Part shown: positions 56,920 to 64,000 of the stretch, piece after piece
Layout of the letters: every line of letters starts with the position of its first letter
Position numbering within the stretch: the first letter of the stretch is position 1
IMG/VR virus record: IMGVR_UViG_3300020576_006930
Coordinates: 64,001-128,000 of that record
From: a virus
Lineage: Duplodnaviria; Caudoviricetes
Length of the DNA stretch: 64,000 nt
Direction: 5' to 3' (one strand)
Position numbers and translations under genes: made by a program
The notes under the pieces: generated by a model
Told to the model about the DNA's origin: nothing
What the model saw: only the letters and a program-made list of their open reading frames with translations
The model's database searches: none

Positions 56920-58212
56920 ATGACATCGTTAAGTGAATATTTTTTATCATCAATTAGTAGTGTGGAATTAGAATCTTTTCTACAACGAATTGTAGAAGGT
57001 GGCGCATACGGCCATTTAGCCCACCCCTATGAAGATTTAAGCCTTACCTTTAGGGATGTAAAAGCCATCGTCAATTCGGCGTTGTCGGGGAAAATTCAAG
57101 CTGATGAAAAGGTCGATGGACAAAATCTGATGTTTACTTGGAAACGCGAACAATTGCGAGCGGCTAGGAATAAAGGTCATATTAAAAATTATGGAGAAAA
57201 TTCCTTAACCAAGGATCAACTGGATCAAATGTTTGCGGACAGACCGCCGCAGATTCGTAAAGCATTTGTTACCGCAATGGGGGATCTGGAAAATGCTTTA
57301 AAACAAGTCGATCTTCGTTTATTGCGGGAAATTTTTCAAGAAGGCAAGCGGTTCGTTAATGTTGAGGTAATTCTACCTGCCACCCAAAATGTTATCCCAT
57401 ATGGGATGAATGTTTTGGTATTCCACGGTACCGTAGAATATGATGAACAGGGCAATCCCATCGGCCAGGGTATGGTAAACGCGGGGCAGTATTTAGAGGG
57501 AATCATTAAAAAAGTAAATTCAAATATTCAAAAGAACTTTACCCTCCGTGGCCCAAACCCAATTGTGCTTAAACAAGTCAAAGATTTTCAACAGAAAAAG
57601 AAAGAATATTTGGATAAGATTCGTCAAGCTCAGGGTAAGTTGCCCGATTCCGCAACCATTTCCGATTACCACACGGGGCTTTGGAGTAAAATGATCACGC
57701 AGAAAGCGTCTGAATTTGGTTATCAGATTCCAAAAAACATTGTCGGTGATTTAATCAATCGATGGGTTCACGATGATAAGAGTAAGAGAATTGCCCAACT
57801 TCAAAAAGAAATCGTTTCTCCGGAATTTAAACAATGGATAGCGGAATTCGATGGTAAACCGGCTCAAGCTTATTTTAAACAAGTAAATGAAGCGTTTGAA
57901 AATTTATTTTTAAAGCTTGGGGTGGATGTCTTGGCTAATGCGACCGGTTATTTGGCCGCAAGTCCTGATGCTGCGGCTCGGGCGGTGGCGCAGCAAACTC
58001 AGCAAGAAATTGAAAAAATAAGACAATCCAATGACCCGGAAGCTATTTCCAAACTGGAGCGGGAACTAAACCGCATTCAGAGTTTGGGTGGGTTGGAAAA
58101 AGTCGCGGGGACGGAGGGAATTGCTTTTTATCGCAACGGTAAAATTTATAAGCTAACAGGTTTATTTGCCCCCATTAATATGATACTCGGAATTATAAGA
58201 TACAAACGATGA
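56920..58212 (+). CDS. Nucleotidyltransferase/RNA-ligase-like protein
   Basis: EKVDG (motif I), ARN, VEVI, FHG, TEGIAF (motif IV), YKL (motif V). Confidence 0.5.
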   Translation: MTSLSEYFLSSISSVELESFLQRIVEGGAYGHLAHPYEDLSLTFRDVKAIVNSALSGKIQADEKVDGQNLMFTWKREQLRAARNKGHIKNYGENSLTKDQLDQMFADRPPQIRKAFVTAMGDLENALKQVDLRLLREIFQEGKRFVNVEVILPATQNVIPYGMNVLVFHGTVEYDEQGNPIGQGMVNAGQYLEGIIKKVNSNIQKNFTLRGPNPIVLKQVKDFQQKKKEYLDKIRQAQGKLPDSATISDYHTGLWSKMITQKASEFGYQIPKNIVGDLINRWVHDDKSKRIAQLQKEIVSPEFKQWIAEFDGKPAQAYFKQVNEAFENLFLKLGVDVLANATGYLAASPDAAARAVAQQTQQEIEKIRQSNDPEAISKLERELNRIQSLGGLEKVAGTEGIAFYRNGKIYKLTGLFAPINMILGIIRYKR

Positions 58213-58263
58213 CTGGAGAAAATAATCCTGTTTTTTTAAAATATTTTTCCTATTTATGTTCGT

Positions 58264-59139
58264 ATGGACGAATTTTATGTATACGAACTTATTGATCCCA
58301 GAGACGGGAATCCATTTTATATCGGCAAAGGAAAAAAAGACAGGATGTATCACCACGTCAAAAAAGTAAAGAAAAATGATCAGCGGGAATTGAGGAAAAA
58401 TCCACATAAATTTTACAAAATAAAACAAATTTTAAATGACGGATTTATTGATATTTCTTATAAAATAATTCTCTCCGGAGTGAGTGAAGACGATGCGTTT
58501 AAAAAAGAAAAAGAGATGATCTTCTCATATGGGAAGGGAAATCTAACAAACATAACGGATGGGGGCTTCGGTGGGGCAAATGAAATAGCAGCAAAAACAA
58601 ATAGCATACTTAGAAAAGGAAAGACGTGGGAGCAGATATATGGTCGTGATATGGCGGTAGCTCTCAAAAAGAAATTGGTAGAACGGTCGGTTGGAAATAA
58701 AAATCCATTTTTTGGAAAGACACATACGGAAGAAAATAAACGGCTATTCTCAGAAAATTCTAAAAAATTACACACAGGAAAAAAAAGAAGCGAAGAAGCG
58801 AAGAAAAATTTATCCAATGGAATTTCCAATTCTCCAAAACATAAAGAGTGGAGGTTGGTGATGAAATCGGAAAAATATAAAAAAATGTATTCGGATAAAT
58901 CTAAATTATTGTGGCAAGATCCTGTGTTTAGAGAAAAGAATATGGCTGGAATTAAAAATAGAAAGCCTAGGTCGAAAGTATATACGGATGAGTTTCTCAT
59001 AAATACATATAGGGGGTATTTAGAAGAAAAAGAAAAAACAAAAAAATATTTATCCTGGGCAAAATACTACAGAAGTTTAGGGATTAAAAGTCCTGTTTAT
59101 TTTCATTACAAAGCAAAAAGACTTTCAAAAGGAATATAA
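58264..59139 (+). mobile_element. Free-standing GIY-YIG homing endonuclease with NUMOD3
   Basis: FYVYELIDP..PFYIGKG..R, LTNITDGG.G, NPFFGKTHTEE; very AT-rich. Confidence 0.85.
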
Positions 59140-59142
59140 GTT

Positions 59143-59757
59143 ATGGCACGAAGACGTTGGAAAATTCAAGATATTCAATCGGTGGTTTCAGGGGAAAACC
59201 CATTCACTCAATTTGGTTATCATGTACAGGAACCCAAACGAAAATTGGATGAACGTTGGGTGGATGCGAAGGGTAAAGTGTGGGAACAACGGAGTGGGTA
59301 TAAAGCGATTGTCAATGAAAAAGCGGATGCGATTAGGGATTTAGTCCGGCAAAATTGCTCCAAATGCCATATTGATTTGCGGTGGGGAACTCAATTGGAT
59401 AAGAGGTTTTTTCCAAAGACGGGAATGTGCTATAATTGTACCATTGATCACGATACTAAAATGCGTATGGATGGAACGTGGGATGTATATGAAAAACGCA
59501 AAGTTTTAAAAAATCAATTAGCTTATATCCAAGACATGCGCAATTACATTAAAGAATCAATTGACTATCTCACGACAACCGATGGGAAAATGTCTTTTGT
59601 GGATGAAAAGGGCAAACTTGAAACGTGGACAAATACCCAAATTGATATTTTGTTGTCCGGAGCTAAAATGGATTATGAAAAACTGACACAGGATATTGTC
59701 GCGACGGAAAACCTCATCGCCTCCTTGGGGGAGGAAAAGGAAGTTAATGGCCAGTAA
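59143..59757 (+). CDS. Hypothetical protein (CxxC..CxxC)
   Basis: CSKC..CYNC; overlaps terminase start. Confidence 0.7.
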   Translation: MARRRWKIQDIQSVVSGENPFTQFGYHVQEPKRKLDERWVDAKGKVWEQRSGYKAIVNEKADAIRDLVRQNCSKCHIDLRWGTQLDKRFFPKTGMCYNCTIDHDTKMRMDGTWDVYEKRKVLKNQLAYIQDMRNYIKESIDYLTTTDGKMSFVDEKGKLETWTNTQIDILLSGAKMDYEKLTQDIVATENLIASLGEEKEVNGQ

Positions 59758-61378
59758 GCAACAACTTGCTGCGCAAAAAGCCCGCCAGTACATGCGTAAT
59801 GAATACGCTAAATGTTTGATGGAGCCGCTATACTTCATAAAAACATATGTCAAAATTCAACACCAAGATCGTGGTATCATTCCCTTTGAACTCTATCCGT
59901 TTCAAGAACAATGTTTGAAGGATTTTCATTCTTCCGGCCGTTGCGTAGTGCTCAAATCACGGCAGATGGGTATTTCCACTCTTGTCGCCGCTTATGCGCT
60001 TTGGGAATTAATTTTTCACGACGGTAAAAATATTCTGGTTATTTCCATTAAGGAAACCGCGGCGAAAGAAGTTATTGGTAAAATAAAACTTGCCAATGAT
60101 GAATTACCACCCTGGTTAAAAATTCCGGTCGTGGAAAGTAATAAACTCTCATTGAAGCTCAATAACCAATCCCGGGTGCTGGCGACTTCCTCCGCCTCCG
60201 ACTCTGCCCGGGGTTTCGCTGCGTCCCTGTTGATTATTGACGAATGTGCGTTTATTGATGGCATCGAAGATATTTGGACCTCCGCGCAACAAACGCTCGC
60301 CACGGTTGCCGCGGGGAAAGCGATCATCTTATCCACGCCGAATGGTATGGGCAATTTCTTCCATAAAACTTGGTCGGAAGCAGAAGCACATCAAAATAAT
60401 TTCAAGACCATAAAATTGCCGTGGCATCTTCATCCGGAAAAAACCCAGATATGGCGGGATGCGCAGACCCGGGAATTAGGCGCACGCATGGCGGGCCAAG
60501 AATGTGATTGTGATTTCCTAGCCTCCGGTAACAATGTTATTGATCTGGTTAAATTGGCGGAAATTGAAAAGGATTTTGTCGTTGAACCCATTGACTATGC
60601 GGAAGGCAAGGCGTTGTGGATTTGGGAGAGGCCCAAGGATAATACTGATTATCTGGTTACTGCGGACGTGGCCACCGGAGACGGGAGCGACTATTCCGCA
60701 TTTCACGTTATTGACCGGGACACAATGACCCAAGTTGCGGAATATCAGGATAAAATTGGGATATTGGAGTTCGCCAAAATCTTGGTTTCGGTTTCTACAC
60801 GTTATAATAACGCGCAATTGGTGGTTGAACGTGAATCCTACGGCCGGGGCGTTTTGGAATTTATTATGGCAGATGGTTATCGCAATTTGGTTTTTACCAA
60901 TTCCAATGAATTGTATGTTGAAACCAAAGGGAAAATTCGTAATAAGTATTACGCTGAAGAAAAGAAGCTTCTTCCTGGTTTCTCCACCAATGAAAAAACT
61001 CGTATTCTTATCATTGGTAAAGTGGAATTGTATTTTGCTCAAAAATATTTTACTCCGCGCTCCATTCGTTTAATCCACGAATTGAAAACATTTATTTGGC
61101 ATAATGGCCGGGCCGAAGCCGCTTCGGGTTACCACGACGATTTGGTCATGTCGCTGGGCATTGGACTTTGGGTCCGTGATAATTCCCTCAAATGGAAAGA
61201 GGAAAATATTGAAATCGCCAAAAAAATGTTGGAAGAGATTCATACACCTGACAAACCTCCCGGCCACTCACCCATTTATACTGCGCGCAGCGCACAGAAC
61301 TCTGCCTTTGATCAGTGGAATATGCGAGTTGGTGGAGTTGGCAACGATCAGAGAGAAAATCTATCGTGGTTACTATAA
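59747..61378 (+). CDS. Terminase large subunit (gp17-like)
   Basis: LYPFQ, KSRQMGIST, IIDECAF, STPNG, ADVA.G.G.DYSA, HDDLVM. Confidence 0.95.
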   Translation: MASKQQLAAQKARQYMRNEYAKCLMEPLYFIKTYVKIQHQDRGIIPFELYPFQEQCLKDFHSSGRCVVLKSRQMGISTLVAAYALWELIFHDGKNILVISIKETAAKEVIGKIKLANDELPPWLKIPVVESNKLSLKLNNQSRVLATSSASDSARGFAASLLIIDECAFIDGIEDIWTSAQQTLATVAAGKAIILSTPNGMGNFFHKTWSEAEAHQNNFKTIKLPWHLHPEKTQIWRDAQTRELGARMAGQECDCDFLASGNNVIDLVKLAEIEKDFVVEPIDYAEGKALWIWERPKDNTDYLVTADVATGDGSDYSAFHVIDRDTMTQVAEYQDKIGILEFAKILVSVSTRYNNAQLVVERESYGRGVLEFIMADGYRNLVFTNSNELYVETKGKIRNKYYAEEKKLLPGFSTNEKTRILIIGKVELYFAQKYFTPRSIRLIHELKTFIWHNGRAEAASGYHDDLVMSLGIGLWVRDNSLKWKEENIEIAKKMLEEIHTPDKPPGHSPIYTARSAQNSAFDQWNMRVGGVGNDQRENLSWLL

Positions 61379-61419
61379 AAACTATTTATACATCGCAGTA
61401 CTCTATATATTTCTAATCT

Positions 61420-63498
61420 ATGGCACAAAATTCAATGAAAAATAACCTCACTGCCTCTGACGAAACCGATATCAGAGAGAGGTCGTTATTTGCGCGTTTA
61501 AAAAGACTATTTTCTTCTGGAACCATCGTTCGCAACATCGGCGGCAAGAAGTTAAAAGTTATCGACACCGATAACTTAATGGTGGGTACATCTCAGAACA
61601 CGACTCGGGATCGATTCAATCGCGTTCGTTCAACAGGCTACAATGCTTATACCCGTGACTTTGCGCTTTCTTATCAAGCCGCGCGAATTGACTTATTTCG
61701 CGACTACGACACGATGGATATGGATCCCATAATCTCTTCGGCCTTAGATATTTATGCCGACGAATGTTTAACACCTAACGAATTGGGTGAGATTATAGTC
61801 ATCCACTCCGATGATAGCAACATTAAAGATGTACTAAACAACCTTTTTTATGACATTCTAAATATCCAGTTCAATCTCTGGTCTTGGACCCGCAATATGG
61901 CAAAATATGGGGATTTTTTCTTACGACTTTATATTTCCCCCACCTATGGCGTTTATTTCGCGGAACCAATCTGTGCTTATAACGTCGAACGCATCGAAAA
62001 TTCTGATCCGTTGAATAAAAATTATGTGAAGTTCCAAATCCGGCCCACGGATTCTTCTCAGGCGGATACGTTGGAAGAATTTGAAATGGTCCATTTTCGA
62101 TTATTGTCGGATAGTAATTTCTTGCCTTATGGTAAGGGTATGTTGGAAGGGGCCCGGCGCATTTGGAAACAACTCTCCCTGATGGAAGACGCGATGTTAA
62201 TCCATCGGATAATGCGTGCGCCGGAAAAACGCATATTTAAAGTTGATATTGGTAATATCCCACCCAATGAAGTTGACGCACATATGGAAAAGCTTATTTC
62301 AAAGATGAAAAAAGTACCATATATTGATCAACGCACAGGGGATTACAATTTAAAATTCAACTTACAGAATATGGTGGAGGACTTTTTCTTGCCCGTGCGT
62401 GGTTCGGATAGTGGTAATTCCATTGAAAATTTGACCGGTATGGAATGGACCGGAACCGATGACATTGAATATCTACGTAATAAACTGATGGCGGGTTTGA
62501 AAATTCCCAAAGCCTTCCTGGGTTATGAAGAAGAATTGTCCGGAAAAGCAACTCTGGCTGCGGAAGACGTGCGCTTCGCGCGGACAATTGGCCGCATCCA
62601 GAACTTTTTGATTTCCTCCCTTGGGCATATCGCGCGGGTTCACTTATATTCTCAGGGTTACCGGGATGAAGATCTGGTGAATTTTTCCCTTGAACTCACC
62701 AACCCATCCATCATCTTTGAAAAAGAAAAAGTAGCGCTCTGGACCGATAAAGTCAGTGTCGCCAAGGATATGATGGAAAACAAATTGTTTTCTAAAAAGT
62801 GGATTTATGACCACGTCTTTAGCATTGACGAAGACGCGGCGGAAGTGTTGGGTAAGGAATTGATTGAAGATGCTAAATCGCTTTATCGCTTTAAGAGTAT
62901 TGAAGAGGATGGTAATGATCCCGCCCAGCCGTTCAAAAAAATCAAACCGAGCGGCGGTGAGGATCAGGGCGGTGGGGATGGCGGTCCACCCGATTTGGGA
63001 GGATTGGATGGGGGGCCAGGCGGCGGCCCGGAACCAGGAGGCAGCGGGCCGGAAGCCACGCCAGGTGGTGAGCCGGGAGGCGCTCCGGGCGGGCCGGATG
63101 CGGATTTAGCCGACGCGCTCAAGGAAGGCCACGGCGAACCGGCGGATGATTATGTCCGCCCGTCGCAAGCGGGTAAAAAAGACGCGAGTGATTATCCGTT
63201 CGGCGAAGACCCACTAGGGGATAAAGAAAACCGCGCCGAACCAAGAAAACGTAGCGCGCTCACTCATCAGTGGCAGGGCGGTAGTCCGTTTGATATGGGT
63301 ACGTTAGCCGAACGCTCTCAGACCAAGGCTCAGGTCATGAAAACGCTCCGGGACCCAATTATTACCTCTTTGGATGCGTTTTTGGTTAATTCCACCAAGG
63401 AAATCCTCACGGAGACAAAAACCAACGGAGGCCAAATGGAAGAAAGCGGTTCGAAAACTTTCTTGGATGAAGATAATATAATCGATTCTGATCAATGA
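61420..63498 (+). CDS. Portal protein (gp20-like)
   Basis: LMEDAMLIHRIMRAPEKRIF.VDIGN.P, EDFFLPVRG, DDIEYL..KL...LKIP. Confidence 0.93.
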   Translation: MAQNSMKNNLTASDETDIRERSLFARLKRLFSSGTIVRNIGGKKLKVIDTDNLMVGTSQNTTRDRFNRVRSTGYNAYTRDFALSYQAARIDLFRDYDTMDMDPIISSALDIYADECLTPNELGEIIVIHSDDSNIKDVLNNLFYDILNIQFNLWSWTRNMAKYGDFFLRLYISPTYGVYFAEPICAYNVERIENSDPLNKNYVKFQIRPTDSSQADTLEEFEMVHFRLLSDSNFLPYGKGMLEGARRIWKQLSLMEDAMLIHRIMRAPEKRIFKVDIGNIPPNEVDAHMEKLISKMKKVPYIDQRTGDYNLKFNLQNMVEDFFLPVRGSDSGNSIENLTGMEWTGTDDIEYLRNKLMAGLKIPKAFLGYEEELSGKATLAAEDVRFARTIGRIQNFLISSLGHIARVHLYSQGYRDEDLVNFSLELTNPSIIFEKEKVALWTDKVSVAKDMMENKLFSKKWIYDHVFSIDEDAAEVLGKELIEDAKSLYRFKSIEEDGNDPAQPFKKIKPSGGEDQGGGDGGPPDLGGLDGGPGGGPEPGGSGPEATPGGEPGGAPGGPDADLADALKEGHGEPADDYVRPSQAGKKDASDYPFGEDPLGDKENRAEPRKRSALTHQWQGGSPFDMGTLAERSQTKAQVMKTLRDPIITSLDAFLVNSTKEILTETKTNGGQMEESGSKTFLDEDNIIDSDQ

Positions 63499-63560
63499 CA
63501 ATTGTATGATTTTCACTAGGATTTATCATATTTATAATTTAAGTAGAAGCGTTTAAGCAT

Positions 63561-64000
63561 ATGCATAAGAAACTGCGGCATTCCAAATTTAGAAATACCG
63601 GCATTTTATTCGAACTTTTGACAAGGCAGATAACAGCAGATATTATTGCTGGTAAAGAAGAGTCAGAAGCCCAGGATATTTTGTTTCGTTATTTTAAGGA
63701 AAATACCGAATTAGGTAAGGAGTGGCAACTTTATAGTTGTCTCATCCAAGAAAAAATTAAAAATGAACCAAACGCGGAACGCTTTCTTCAGACGGTCGTT
63801 GAGCGCCGTCGGCGCCTGGATTCCAAACAATTAATTTTTGAAAAATATAATCTAGTTAAGGATATCAAAGCCCGTTATCCCATCGATGACTTTCTAAAAT
63901 CCGGAGTTAAAAATTATCGTTTATACGCTTCCATTTATAAAGTATTTGAAGACTCATCTTCCGCGGATGTAAAATTTGATTTGAAGGAGATTTACCAATC
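63561..64000 (+). CDS. Conserved phage protein (partial, runs off window)
   Basis: MHKKLRHSKFRNTGILFELLTRQITAD.. open to window end. Confidence 0.75.
   Translation, partial: MHKKLRHSKFRNTGILFELLTRQITADIIAGKEESEAQDILFRYFKENTELGKEWQLYSCLIQEKIKNEPNAERFLQTVVERRRRLDSKQLIFEKYNLVKDIKARYPIDDFLKSGVKNYRLYASIYKVFEDSSSADVKFDLKEIYQ

Noticed and set aside
49961-63498. Inteins or introns in primase, terminase or portal
   Set aside because: Motifs are contiguous, with no intein-like insertions or split frames
4794-63516. Minus-strand and nested short ORFs within long + strand genes
   Set aside because: Fully overlap well-supported genes and carry no recognisable motifs
4022-64000. Genome-wide TAG or TGA recoding
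   Set aside because: Genes are full length and tightly packed in code 11; TGA and TAA are both used as stops
1-64000. CRISPR array
   Set aside because: No regularly spaced direct repeats with unique spacers; the recurring CCAATTT is a tRNA 3' end

Overview
Fragment of a large T4-like (myovirus, probably jumbo) bacteriophage genome, with all credible genes on the + strand. 1-4020 is an RNA-gene array: about 10 near-canonical tRNAs (including an amber CUA suppressor), at least 9 tRNA-like RNAs that keep an acceptor stem and T-arm but have expanded, replaced or missing D/anticodon arms (six with 67-115 nt structured inserts), a divergent RNase P RNA and two other structured ncRNAs. 4020-13700 holds accessory/host-takeover genes: secreted FN3 proteins, HPr, an HD hydrolase, PhoH, Hsp20, a probable -1 frameshift gene and a gp55-like sigma factor. 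13700-49500 is the baseplate/tail module (gp5-like, gp25, gp6, ASYA-repeat fibres). It is interrupted at 23983-34556 by an island of mostly signal-peptide-bearing glycanase/beta-helix/Ig proteins in three repeated cassettes that share a tail-fibre-like C-terminal module, followed by a holin-like gene. 49500-64000 has a GIY-YIG nuclease, primase, a fused SbcD-SbcC, an RNA-ligase-like protein, terminase and portal. Two free-standing homing endonucleases and a recurrent TATTTAT upstream motif are present. The HPr/FN3/Thr-Asn-rich proteins suggest a Verrucomicrobiota host (inference only). All calls were made by eye; no database searches were run.
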